Shown in pieces: positions 47,825-57,516 of a DNA stretch of 64,000 bases (its first letter is position 1; each line of letters opens with the position of its first letter). The position numbers and the translations under genes are program-made. The notes under the pieces are model-generated. The model ran no database searches, was not told the DNA's origin, and worked only from the letters and a program-made list of their open reading frames with translations. Source of the stretch: a virus; the IMG/VR virus record IMGVR_UViG_3300044638_006409, positions 32,001-96,000 of that record. One strand, given 5' to 3'.

Positions 47825-50197
47825 ATGGATTTATTCAATCCACCCCCTGATTACAATTACAATTTTATGATTAAAGATATTGATTTTAACAAATTTGATA
47901 ACCCATATATTCAAGTTGTATGGGAAGATTATCCTGAGAACTTTACACAAGAAAAAATCAAAAGTGTTAGACATTATTTCCAAAAGAAATATAACTCAAC
48001 CAATGTTAATGTAATAACCAAAACAAAATCCACGGAAGTTACAACACAAACAGTTGATGTCTCATTTAATATCTTGGATAAGAACTATCAATATGAGTTG
48101 GTAAAATCATTCTTGGAAAACAAAAATCTAACAAATCTTACAGATGACATTCTTAATTTGGATAAAGCTGTTGATAGTAGATTATTATTAAATGAAAGTG
48201 AAATATCACCATTTAAAAGATGGTATATTAAAAACATTGAGTTCTCCAATTTCTTATCATATGGTGAAAATCAAAAGATTGATTTTGACAAATGTAATGG
48301 TATCTCGGTGGTGGAATCAAATCCTCCTAATTTCGGTGGAAAGACAGTTTTAACTGTGGATTTATTGTTATTTTTATTCTTCAATGAAACAACCAAAACA
48401 TCAAAAGCTGAAGAAGTTTTCAATAGATTTTCTAATAAAGATAAAGTTCATATCAAAGGTGAAATTATCATTGATGGTGATGAATATGTTATTGTTAGAA
48501 ATATTGAAAGAAAGAAGAAAAAAGATGGGGATTGGAATGTAAAAACTGAATTAGATTTCTTTAAGAAGTTATCAGATGGAACATTACAGAACTTTACAGG
48601 AGAACAAAGGAGAGAAACGGAAAGTTTCATTAAAACCTCCATCGGGACGAAGGAAGATTTCTTGATGACAATCTTAACCACGGCAACAAACCTTGAAGAG
48701 TTAATTGATTCTAAACCCACAGCAAGAGGACAGGTATTGTCCAGATTTATGGGATTGGACTTTATTAAAAAGAAGGAAGATACTGGAAAAGAAATCTATT
48801 CAGAGTTTTCCAAGTCAATGTTATCCAATGTATATTCAAGCGAAAAGTTGAAATCAGATAATGATGGATACAAAGAAAGAATTGAACAATTACAAACCGA
48901 AAACATTACCCAACAAAACAATTTGATTGATGTTCAGAACAGAATAATCAAAGGACAAGAATATAGAGATACATTATTGAAATCCAAACATACGGATATT
49001 GATATTGAAATCTCGAATATTGTTCCTGAGCGTATTGAAAGTGAAATCATCGGAATTAAAACCCAAAAACTAAGTATTGAAAAACAATTAAATGAACTCA
49101 AGGTAGTTGAACCAACAGAGTTTTACTCGGAACAAGAACACGACTGGTTGAAAGATGAACACAAACATTACTACAAAAAGATTGTTCAAGTTGAACAAAA
49201 TATCAAATCGATTGAAAGTTTAAAATCTTCAGTTGATGGTGGAATTAAGTGTGAACATTGTGGTATTGAATTAATGATGGCCTCAATAACTCAAAGTAAA
49301 ATAGCGGAACTTGAAGGTTATATTAGTCAAAAGACCGAATATGAGGGGGAAATGAATAATATAATAATCAAAGAAGCTAAGTATGTTCTATTGAAAAAAG
49401 AGTTCGATGAGTATGAGAAAAACAAACTTATCAAAGAAAAATATGAACTTACAATTGAGGGTTATTTGATGAAAATCAAAGGATTGGAAGATAAGTTGGA
49501 AAAGTTTAACTTGTTACAGGATAAAATATCCACAAACAACAAGATTGAAACCCAACTTATCAAAGCCAACCTGAGATTGGATGAACTTGACAGAGAAAAA
49601 TCATCAGTTCAAAGAATACTAGATTCTAACAACTATCAAATTCAAAGTTTAAAAGATAAGATTGAACAAAATATCCAAATGATTGAAAAAATCAAAGTTG
49701 AAGCTGAGAAAGAAAGAATCTATAAAGTTTATTTGGAAATCTTTGGAAAGAATGGTATATCTAAAACAATAATGAAAACAATGATTCCAATGTTGAATTC
49801 TGAGTTACAAAGGTTGTTGGAAGATAGTTCTCACTTTAGATTGGAAATCAATATAAATGACAAGAATGAGGTTGAATTTGTCATGATTGATAACAACACC
49901 CAAGTTGAGAAATTAATGTCATCTGGGTCAGGTTATGAAAGAACCATAGCATCATTGGCGTTGAGAGCAGTATTGACAAAGATATGTTCACTACCAAAAC
50001 CAAATATTATAGTTATGGATGAGGTATTTGGAAAAATATCAAATGAAAACTTGGAAATGGTTGGGGAGTTTTTTACCAAAATTAAAAACTATTTCGAAAA
50101 GATATTCGTTATAACCCACAATCCACTGGTTAGTAATTGGGCTGACAACATTATAAAGATTACAAAAGAGAATAATATTAGTAGTGTCAGTCAGTAA
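47825..50197 (+). CDS. SbcC/Rad50/gp46-like ATPase with N-terminal extension
   Basis: NFLSYG, Walker A variant NFGGKT, coiled coils, Zn hook CEHC, signature SGYE, Walker B MDE and ITHN. Confidence 0.9.
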   Translation: MDLFNPPPDYNYNFMIKDIDFNKFDNPYIQVVWEDYPENFTQEKIKSVRHYFQKKYNSTNVNVITKTKSTEVTTQTVDVSFNILDKNYQYELVKSFLENKNLTNLTDDILNLDKAVDSRLLLNESEISPFKRWYIKNIEFSNFLSYGENQKIDFDKCNGISVVESNPPNFGGKTVLTVDLLLFLFFNETTKTSKAEEVFNRFSNKDKVHIKGEIIIDGDEYVIVRNIERKKKKDGDWNVKTELDFFKKLSDGTLQNFTGEQRRETESFIKTSIGTKEDFLMTILTTATNLEELIDSKPTARGQVLSRFMGLDFIKKKEDTGKEIYSEFSKSMLSNVYSSEKLKSDNDGYKERIEQLQTENITQQNNLIDVQNRIIKGQEYRDTLLKSKHTDIDIEISNIVPERIESEIIGIKTQKLSIEKQLNELKVVEPTEFYSEQEHDWLKDEHKHYYKKIVQVEQNIKSIESLKSSVDGGIKCEHCGIELMMASITQSKIAELEGYISQKTEYEGEMNNIIIKEAKYVLLKKEFDEYEKNKLIKEKYELTIEGYLMKIKGLEDKLEKFNLLQDKISTNNKIETQLIKANLRLDELDREKSSVQRILDSNNYQIQSLKDKIEQNIQMIEKIKVEAEKERIYKVYLEIFGKNGISKTIMKTMIPMLNSELQRLLEDSSHFRLEININDKNEVEFVMIDNNTQVEKLMSSGSGYERTIASLALRAVLTKICSLPKPNIIVMDEVFGKISNENLEMVGEFFTKIKNYFEKIFVITHNPLVSNWADNIIKITKENNISSVSQ

Positions 50198-50201
50198 AAA
50201 T

Positions 50202-50232
50202 AAAATGGTGAGAAAAAAACTCACCATTTTTT
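50202..50232. terminator. intrinsic terminator (possibly bidirectional)
   Basis: AAAATGGTGAG-A7-CTCACCATTTT. Confidence 0.75.
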
Positions 50233-50261
50233 GTTTTAATTGGAATTTAGTTTTATATTTG
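50230..50261 (+). promoter_or_regulatory. Bacteroidota-type primary-sigma promoter
   Basis: TTTG(50230-33)-N20-TATATTTG(50254-61) matches the -33/-7 consensus. Confidence 0.7.
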
Positions 50262-50286
50262 TACTCAACAAAAACGACATAACAAT

Positions 50287-50802
50287 ATGAAATACTTACT
50301 TTCTGTTTTCATCGAACACAACGAACAAGAATTATTTGTTAAATCTATTGGTAAGGAGATTAGTACAATCGCAAGTAAAAGTGGTGTCAAGTACTTCTTC
50401 GGTCCTCAAACTGCTTTGTTTACTTTCGAAACTAGACTTTCTTTCGAAAGTATAAAAAATTTCTTCGACTCAATTTTGAGTGATTTATCAATTACGCATA
50501 TACTTGTACCTATCAAAACTGACAAAATGTCATATTGGTTCGAAAAAGAACACGAGAAACTATTGTTTGGTACGGATATTTGTGCAACGAATGAAGAATA
50601 TTCAGAGGAAGAACAAGAAGAAATGAGGGAAGCTATTTTGGGTGACCTAACTAAAATCTTTGAGAAAGAAATTATCGAAGAAAATAGAGTCAAACAAAAA
50701 ATTGTTCCTACCTTGGATGACCTCTTGGATAAGATTAATATGAGTGGGTTCAACTCACTAAATGAAGAAGAAAAAGATTTGTTAAAACAATATTCAAAAT
50801 AG
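50287..50802 (+). CDS. hypothetical protein with C-terminal DUF6576-like domain
   Basis: LDDLLDKINMSGFNSLNEEEKDLL. Confidence 0.6.
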   Translation: MKYLLSVFIEHNEQELFVKSIGKEISTIASKSGVKYFFGPQTALFTFETRLSFESIKNFFDSILSDLSITHILVPIKTDKMSYWFEKEHEKLLFGTDICATNEEYSEEEQEEMREAILGDLTKIFEKEIIEENRVKQKIVPTLDDLLDKINMSGFNSLNEEEKDLLKQYSK

Positions 50803-50803
50803 T

Positions 50804-51604
50804 ATGAAAGAAAAAAATTCAGGTATTCCAATCAATCAAGAAGAGATTCAACAATATCTCAAAGACATTAGAAAGAAAAAAGTTATGACTCCTGACAGAG
50901 AAAAAGAACTTGCCGTTCTTATGAAATCAGGTTCATTAACATCAAGTGATGTGGATAAAGTCCATAAAGAACTATTAGAGGGTAATCTTCGTTTTGTTAT
51001 CACAGTTGCAAAACAATATCAAAATCAGGGATTGGATTTGGCTGACCTTATTGCTGAAGGTAATTTAGGTTTAATGAAGGCCATCAAGAACTTTGATTGG
51101 AACAAAGATTTGAGATTTATATCCTATGCCGTGTGGTGGGTAAAACAATCAATCCTACAAAGTTTAAATGACAACGCAAGAACCATTCGTCTCCCTGTGA
51201 ATGTGGTTCAAGACCTACACAGAGCCAAGAAAGAAATTGACGCCAAAGGTGGTGAGTTAGATAGTAGATTTACCAGTCTTCCATCTATGGTTGATTTGGA
51301 TATGGAAATCAATGAAGAAGGAGATAATCTATTCGATGTATTGAAAAACGATGACGCTGATATGCCTGATGAAGCATTTCATACCAAGGACATTTTAAGA
51401 ACAAAACTATTAGGGTTATTAACTTGTTTGGATGAAAGAGAACGAGCAATCGTTGAGGACTATTTTGGTCTATCAGGGTCACCAAGAACATTGGAAGACA
51501 TCGGTGGTGATTTTAATCTAACGAAAGAGAGAGTTCGTCAGATTAAAGAAAAGTCATTGAGAAAATTGAGAAACCTATCAGGTGACCTATTTGAGTGGAT
51601 GTAA
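50804..51604 (+). CDS. sigma-70 family RNA polymerase sigma factor, Bacteroidota RpoD-like
   Basis: NLRFVITVAKQYQNQGL, EGNLGL, RFISYAVWW and region-4 TKERVRQIKEK. Confidence 0.92.
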   Translation: MKEKNSGIPINQEEIQQYLKDIRKKKVMTPDREKELAVLMKSGSLTSSDVDKVHKELLEGNLRFVITVAKQYQNQGLDLADLIAEGNLGLMKAIKNFDWNKDLRFISYAVWWVKQSILQSLNDNARTIRLPVNVVQDLHRAKKEIDAKGGELDSRFTSLPSMVDLDMEINEEGDNLFDVLKNDDADMPDEAFHTKDILRTKLLGLLTCLDERERAIVEDYFGLSGSPRTLEDIGGDFNLTKERVRQIKEKSLRKLRNLSGDLFEWM

Positions 51605-51639
51605 TTAATAAACAATTAATATTTATAAAAAAAGAAAGT

Positions 51640-51933
51640 ATGAAAACAATAACAGATTTTTTGGGTAAACACGGACTAATTATAGCATTAGTTTTGGTTC
51701 TAATTTCTACTTGTACAGGAAATATGGCAAAAAAACAAAGTGAGAAACGAATTTCAAATCAAATAGATAGTTTAGAAACTGAAATTGTAATCTTGAAAGA
51801 AGATTTACAAAAACAAATCAAAATTGAAGGATTGAAAGCCGAAAAAAGAATGATTCAAGCAACTGACAGAAAAATCCTTGATGTGAATAGACAAGCTGAA
51901 ATAGACAAAGAACTTCAGCAACTTGAAAAATGA
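51640..51933 (+). CDS. membrane-anchored coiled-coil protein (spanin-like?)
   Basis: N-terminal hydrophobic segment ending ISTC, then a coiled coil; TATTTATA at 51620-27. Confidence 0.45.
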   Translation: MKTITDFLGKHGLIIALVLVLISTCTGNMAKKQSEKRISNQIDSLETEIVILKEDLQKQIKIEGLKAEKRMIQATDRKILDVNRQAEIDKELQQLEK

Positions 51934-52385
51934 AAATAATAATCACTGAAAGACAATTAGAGGAAATAAATAGATTTCAGTTCAGAGACACCCCCAAATA
52001 TAGGGGTTGTCTTATGTCTGACCTAACTAGAATGGAACTGATTGATGACTTTCTAAAAAAAGTTAAAGACAATCCTGAATATAATACAGAAACCCCTGAT
52101 TATGATATGTTATTGGATGATTGGGATGGATATGATGACCAAGTTTATATTCAAAACAAAGTAGATTCAATTATATTTTGGGAAGGATGGGTTGAAAGTT
52201 GTTGGGATGCGGCATTTAAAAAAGAACAATATAAAGGATTAGAAAAATCAGAAGTTATTGACAAAATAATTGAAGAAAGATTTCCAAGGATTGCCGAAGA
52301 ATTTGATATGGAAATAATTGATTATGGGTATATTGATAATGATGGTTATATTATGTACATTGAAATGAAAAACAATAATGAATAA
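51930..52385 (+). CDS. acidic hypothetical protein with MKIIITE N-terminus
   Basis: ORF track; N-terminal motif. Confidence 0.6.
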   Translation: MKIIITERQLEEINRFQFRDTPKYRGCLMSDLTRMELIDDFLKKVKDNPEYNTETPDYDMLLDDWDGYDDQVYIQNKVDSIIFWEGWVESCWDAAFKKEQYKGLEKSEVIDKIIEERFPRIAEEFDMEIIDYGYIDNDGYIMYIEMKNNNE

Positions 52386-53199
52386 CTTATTTACTTGGAT
52401 TAAAAATAATCCCATCCGTTCAATGTTTTTAGTCCCCATCTTTTTGGTGGCTGGTATATCTATATCACATGTTGTTGCTTGGTACGACATTACCAATCCA
52501 TTTAGTTGGGCAATTTACCTTTCGATAGCAATTGAAATTGGAGCTATAACCGCACTAATTGCCGCGACACAAAAAATTAAAGGTGGTGTGAGGTTTATGT
52601 TCGGTTTAGTTACATTCGTTCAAATGGTGGGAAATATATTCTATTCATATAAAGAGATTGACCCGACAGGAGAATTGTTTATATCTTGGGTTGAACTTAC
52701 CTCACCAATTTTTGAATTATTCGGGACAGAACCAACAGATATAATTTCACATAAAAGATGGTTGGCAATATTAGGTGGTGGACTTCTCCCTGTAATATCA
52801 TTAACCTCATTACACTTCTTTGTAAAATATGAAGAACCTGGGAAACCAGTTACCAACGACCCTCAGAATGATAGAGATTTGGAAATCACTTCCCTAATGG
52901 ATTTAGATACAATTCTTGAAAAAGAGGAAGAAGAAAAGCCAAAGGTAAAAAGGGGAAGAAAAAAGAAAGAAGTTGCGGAGTCAACAATTGAAGAAAAAGT
53001 TGTAACAACAACAGAGGAATTACCTACAATAGATTCTAAAGTCGAAAGTCAAGAACTTGAACAAGAAGTACAACCATATTTCAATCCTTCCGATTTCGGA
53101 CTCGAACCACTTGAAATAAAAGAGGAAATACCAGTAACACCAACTCGTCCAACGAAATTGACATACACCAAGCCAAATGTATCCATAGATAGAATATGA
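52378..53199 (+). CDS. multi-pass membrane protein with acidic tail (holin-like?)
   Basis: About four hydrophobic helices; lies directly upstream of the amidase-like gene. Confidence 0.5.
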   Translation: MNNLFTWIKNNPIRSMFLVPIFLVAGISISHVVAWYDITNPFSWAIYLSIAIEIGAITALIAATQKIKGGVRFMFGLVTFVQMVGNIFYSYKEIDPTGELFISWVELTSPIFELFGTEPTDIISHKRWLAILGGGLLPVISLTSLHFFVKYEEPGKPVTNDPQNDRDLEITSLMDLDTILEKEEEEKPKVKRGRKKKEVAESTIEEKVVTTTEELPTIDSKVESQELEQEVQPYFNPSDFGLEPLEIKEEIPVTPTRPTKLTYTKPNVSIDRI

Positions 53200-53792
53200 T
53201 TGATATAATCAAATATGGGGACTTTAAACCTCTTGGTAAACAGAAGAAAAAAAGTCAAATAATTCTTACACATACTAGTAGAAATGTCGAGAATTATTTG
53301 ACTTCTTTGCGTTATAGACATAATGGAAAATATAAAAAAATACCAAACTATATAGTAACAAAAGATGGTAGAATTTTAAATTTACTCGACAACATAGAAC
53401 ATTGTCAGTTTTTCTCGGATACTCAAATCAATCGAAATTCAATAATAATTTGTTTGGAAAACTTAGGTTGGTTAGAAAAACAACCTTTAGAGAACCACTA
53501 TGTTAACTGGATTGGTGATATTTATAAAGGTAAAGTGTTTGAGAGGAAATGGCGAGATTATTTTTTTTGGGATCCTTATTCAGATGAACAACTCGATTCT
53601 CTGACCAAGTTATGTAAAAAAATTATCTTAGATATGAGAATGAGTAAAGAAATTATAGAACATAACACTAAAATAAATGGTATACAGAAATTTCAAGGGG
53701 TAGTAACAAGAAGTAATTTTGATTCTTCATTTACTGATTTAAGTCCGGCCTTTGATTTTGAAAAATTTAGAAAAAAAATTGAAAATGAATAA
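53196..53792 (+). CDS. N-acetylmuramoyl-L-alanine amidase (Amidase_2)-like protein with degenerate active site
   Basis: IILTHT, YIVTKDG.I, NRNSIIICLEN, YSDEQLDSL and TDLSP. Confidence 0.7.
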   Translation: MIDIIKYGDFKPLGKQKKKSQIILTHTSRNVENYLTSLRYRHNGKYKKIPNYIVTKDGRILNLLDNIEHCQFFSDTQINRNSIIICLENLGWLEKQPLENHYVNWIGDIYKGKVFERKWRDYFFWDPYSDEQLDSLTKLCKKIILDMRMSKEIIEHNTKINGIQKFQGVVTRSNFDSSFTDLSPAFDFEKFRKKIENE

Positions 53793-54456
53793 TTCACATG
53801 ATGAAATAAAAAAATTATTAAAGGCTTCAAGAAGTTTGTTGTCTTCAAATAATAGTATTAATGAAACATTCGAGATTAAAAAAAGATACGGAATGATATT
53901 AGAAGACTCCGTTACTGATTTAACATCATCAAATGTTACAAAAAAAATTGATGTTGGTAAATCTATTGAAAAGGATATAACCGATGATGAACAAAAAGAA
54001 AAAAGGGACGAAGAAGTTGCAGAATATAGAGTTTCTGGCGGTATTATAGTTTTACATGGTAAAAACAAAAAAGAGTTAGTATTAACTGAAGATGAAAAGT
54101 TAGCTTTCCAAGAAACAATGGATGAATTTGTTGAAGAGGTGTCAAATATGGTAGATTTCAATCCACTACACATATATGAAAAAAATGTTATTTGGTCAGG
54201 GTTGTTAAGAAAAGAAAACCTAACATTCATTTTCAACCTTAATGATGGTGTATATTTTGAAATAGAAACTATGATAAAATTGGATGCAGAACTGTTAGAG
54301 ACTCAAAAAAAGTTGGAGAGATATTTTACAAAATTTGAATCAAAGTGGGCGGACATTATAGGTAATAGAATCAAAACTAAAGTTTCAAATGAAAGACCAA
54401 CAGAAAAACAAGAATACGAAACATTCAAACCATCAACAAGACCAATCGGATTATAA
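53785..54456 (+). CDS. hypothetical protein (possible head protein)
   Basis: Overlapping ATG; acidic; contains INE/ILE sites. Confidence 0.55.
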   Translation: MNNSHDEIKKLLKASRSLLSSNNSINETFEIKKRYGMILEDSVTDLTSSNVTKKIDVGKSIEKDITDDEQKEKRDEEVAEYRVSGGIIVLHGKNKKELVLTEDEKLAFQETMDEFVEEVSNMVDFNPLHIYEKNVIWSGLLRKENLTFIFNLNDGVYFEIETMIKLDAELLETQKKLERYFTKFESKWADIIGNRIKTKVSNERPTEKQEYETFKPSTRPIGL

Positions 54457-54458
54457 TT

Positions 54459-55220
54459 ATGAATGCTGAAAATCTAACTAAGTCCTTGAAAGATAAAATC
54501 TCAAGTAAAATTTTAAACAACCCTAATTTGGGGATAACAGGTTCTATATCAAATTCAGAATATATGAGTTCAATATCCGAAGAAGATGAAACCGAGACAA
54601 AAAAAATGAAGTTACCAATAGGTAAAATATTTTCGGTAGGTAAGACTAATAAAACTGAAACCAAGGAAGCTACAGGAACTGGTGGTGCTGGGGTATTTGT
54701 TCCAGCTATGAGTGGTGAAATGAAAGAAAAATGGAGTCAAAAATATAAAGACTCGATTAATTGTTCGAATCCAAAAGGGTTTAGTCAAAAAGCTCATTGT
54801 CAGGGTAAAAAAAAGAAACAACAAAACGAAAGTGAGTTCAAAGCCCCTAAGTTAAGTATGTTTTCTGATGAAGCTCCAAAAAAAATAAAAAAACAAGAAA
54901 TACATAAAATTGAAACAAAAGAAGCAACTGGGGCATCTTCTGCTGGTTCTTATGTTACACCTGCAGCTTGGGCTAAATCAACAAGTAAAAAAGATTGGAG
55001 AGGTAAAAGTAAAACATTGTTTCCTGGTGGAAAATTCGTCCAAGTAAAGAAAAAGTGTAAAACATTCCCTTATTGTAATCAGGGAGATATTAATGCCCTT
55101 AATCTTACAAATGAATCCAAAATAAATAAAATTATTAATAAGTTGAGTGAAAAATATAGTCTAAGTAGTGATTTTGTGAGAAAACTTTTGATTCAAGATT
55201 ATCATAAGACTAACATATAA
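54459..55220 (+). CDS. putative internal head polyprotein
   Basis: Repeated ETKEATG; EKWSQKYKDSINCSNPKGFSQKAHC module. Confidence 0.45.
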   Translation: MNAENLTKSLKDKISSKILNNPNLGITGSISNSEYMSSISEEDETETKKMKLPIGKIFSVGKTNKTETKEATGTGGAGVFVPAMSGEMKEKWSQKYKDSINCSNPKGFSQKAHCQGKKKKQQNESEFKAPKLSMFSDEAPKKIKKQEIHKIETKEATGASSAGSYVTPAAWAKSTSKKDWRGKSKTLFPGGKFVQVKKKCKTFPYCNQGDINALNLTNESKINKIINKLSEKYSLSSDFVRKLLIQDYHKTNI

Positions 55221-55242
55221 TATTTATATTAAAAAACCAAAA

Positions 55243-56934
55243 ATGAAGAATACACAAAAATATTTAGAATCTTTAATCAAAAAATCAATCAACGAAACAT
55301 TGGAAACTAAAGCTAATAAGTTGATGGATAAAATTAAAGAAATGGAAATGGAGGAAGGATTTGATAGTCCTGAAATTGAAATGGAAAGAGATGGACATGA
55401 TTATGATAAGTATGAATTTAGTAGAAAAGTAAGACCATATGAATTTATGAAAGATTTGGAAATGGACTCACTAACACCTGATGAATTTAAATATCAAATG
55501 GATACAAGAGATATTGATTTGGAAGATGAATTATATGGTGATGATGATGACTTAGACCCATTCATTGAGGATGACATTGAACCAATAACGGAAGGTGAAC
55601 AATGTGAACAATGTGGTGGTGGACTTACTGAAGGTGAGTGTATGGAATGTGGTTACAAACAAATGGATGAAAAAACATACGACTTGAATCCTGATAATCA
55701 ATTTGACTATGTTGAAGAAGAAATGGATTTAGATAGTTTTGAAGACACTGAGGATAACATTTCAGATGAAGATATACTTTTCGACTATTGTAAAGGTGGT
55801 AAAAAAAATCCTGAAAGATGTAAAGCACATATGGAAATGTTGGAAGAAGAAATAAATGAAAAACTTTATGGAAAACAAAAAAAGTTGGATAAGAATAAAA
55901 ACGGTAAAATCGATGCCGAAGATTTCAAACTACTTAGAAAAAGTAAAGGTGAGATGAGTGAAAAGTGGAAAGGTGATGTAGAAGTTGAAAAGAGTGGTGA
56001 ATATTCTGATATGAGTATTGAAGAAATTGATTCAGCGATTAAGAAATTAAAAAAACAAAACGAAAAATTCCAAGTGGATGGTAAAAAAGTTCCTCAAAAA
56101 AATAGAGAAAAAATGAGTGAATTATATTTTGCTAAAAGAGCTAAACAAGGTTGGAAGGGAAAAGGTAAAGCGGCGGTTGAGGAAGGTAAAAAAACTTTCG
56201 AAGTTGATGGTAAAACATATCCTGTTAAAGAGTCAATTATTTACCACATCCAAGATAGTGAAGGTGACATCATAAAATTAACAGAAAACGAAGTTATTGA
56301 TTTAATCGAAAACTTAGTTAATGAACAAAAAGTGAAAGGTTTAAAGACAATAGGCAAACCTAGGGGTCTAACAACATATGAGAAGGCACACAAAGGTTCA
56401 GGTAAAGAAAATGATGATTATTTAAAATCAGTATCTAAAAAAATGAAAGATTATTTGAAAGATGGTTCCAAGGGTAAATTCGATATGAATCCTAAAATGT
56501 TCCCTCAGGGTAATGGTGAATTAGCTAAAATGGACAAGAAAGCATTTAAAATGACAGATGAATTGGAAGATTTTAACTATGAAATTGCAGGACAAAATTT
56601 TCCAGTTCCTGATGCTATCGATTATAATGAAGAATGGATGGAAAAATTGTTCAAAGGTGACTCAATGACAGGTAATGCACCAGGTGGAAATGCTTTAGAA
56701 TCTAAAACTAACGATAGGTTCAACAAAATGAGAAAGAAAAATACACTAAAAAAATTGAAAGACCAATCATACAAAAGAGTACCTCAACCAGTTTTCAATG
56801 AAAAATCAGGTGACCAAGATGGAAAAGGTATCAGTATAAAACTTGAAAGTATTGATGAAAAAAATACTAAAGTACTTAATGAAGAATTCGAAAGAATGAA
56901 ACAATTATTAAGTTACAACAAAAAAACTCAGTAA
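55243..56934 (+). CDS. putative prohead core/scaffold-like polyprotein
   Basis: Acidic; Zn ribbon CEQC..CMEC; EF-hand-like DKNKNGKIDAED; TATTTATA at 55221-28. Confidence 0.5.
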   Translation: MKNTQKYLESLIKKSINETLETKANKLMDKIKEMEMEEGFDSPEIEMERDGHDYDKYEFSRKVRPYEFMKDLEMDSLTPDEFKYQMDTRDIDLEDELYGDDDDLDPFIEDDIEPITEGEQCEQCGGGLTEGECMECGYKQMDEKTYDLNPDNQFDYVEEEMDLDSFEDTEDNISDEDILFDYCKGGKKNPERCKAHMEMLEEEINEKLYGKQKKLDKNKNGKIDAEDFKLLRKSKGEMSEKWKGDVEVEKSGEYSDMSIEEIDSAIKKLKKQNEKFQVDGKKVPQKNREKMSELYFAKRAKQGWKGKGKAAVEEGKKTFEVDGKTYPVKESIIYHIQDSEGDIIKLTENEVIDLIENLVNEQKVKGLKTIGKPRGLTTYEKAHKGSGKENDDYLKSVSKKMKDYLKDGSKGKFDMNPKMFPQGNGELAKMDKKAFKMTDELEDFNYEIAGQNFPVPDAIDYNEEWMEKLFKGDSMTGNAPGGNALESKTNDRFNKMRKKNTLKKLKDQSYKRVPQPVFNEKSGDQDGKGISIKLESIDEKNTKVLNEEFERMKQLLSYNKKTQ

Positions 56935-56981
56935 TTACATTTTATATACCTATATTATATTCTCCGTAAGAAACATTTCTT

Positions 56982-57449
56982 ATGGAGAATTTTTTTAATT
57001 ACTTATCCAAGCCTGTTCCACCAGACGAAGTTGAAATATGGTTGAAAATGAACAACATTATAACCGAAAAAATGGAGTTGTTTTCTGATTTTAGTCAATC
57101 TTTATATGATTTAATTAGAGAAACTTATTTAGGTGAAACAACAGATTCATTCGAAACTAAAATTATTTTAACAAAAGAAGATAACAAAAAACATTTTTCT
57201 TGGTGTTGGAATAAAACTATTGAAAACTTCAAAAAAGAGGGGCTACACTTCAAATCTGAAGGTGAACATTTTGTTTATTTTGAAACCTTTTTCGAAGATA
57301 TTTTTTATTACCAAAAAGAGGACAAGATTAAAAACTCAGTTAATGATTTTTTTGACTCTTTATTCGATGTTAGAAAACCATTTACAAAGTCTGATTTAGA
57401 TATGATAAATGTACTTTATAAAATACTTGATAAAAGTTTAAATTTATAA
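56982..57449 (+). CDS. hypothetical protein
   Basis: 155-aa ORF. Confidence 0.65.
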   Translation: MENFFNYLSKPVPPDEVEIWLKMNNIITEKMELFSDFSQSLYDLIRETYLGETTDSFETKIILTKEDNKKHFSWCWNKTIENFKKEGLHFKSEGEHFVYFETFFEDIFYYQKEDKIKNSVNDFFDSLFDVRKPFTKSDLDMINVLYKILDKSLNL

Positions 57450-57516
57450 AAAAATTGGTTTTTTATTTACATCAGACCAATAATATTTAATTTAGTAGTA
57501 ATAAAATTTATATAAA

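Noticed and set aside
53739-54236. Long antisense ORFs (also 50406..50831, 62446..62823, 44553..44909 and others)
   Set aside because: They overlap well-supported + strand genes and have shadow-like Ser/Phe/Ile composition.
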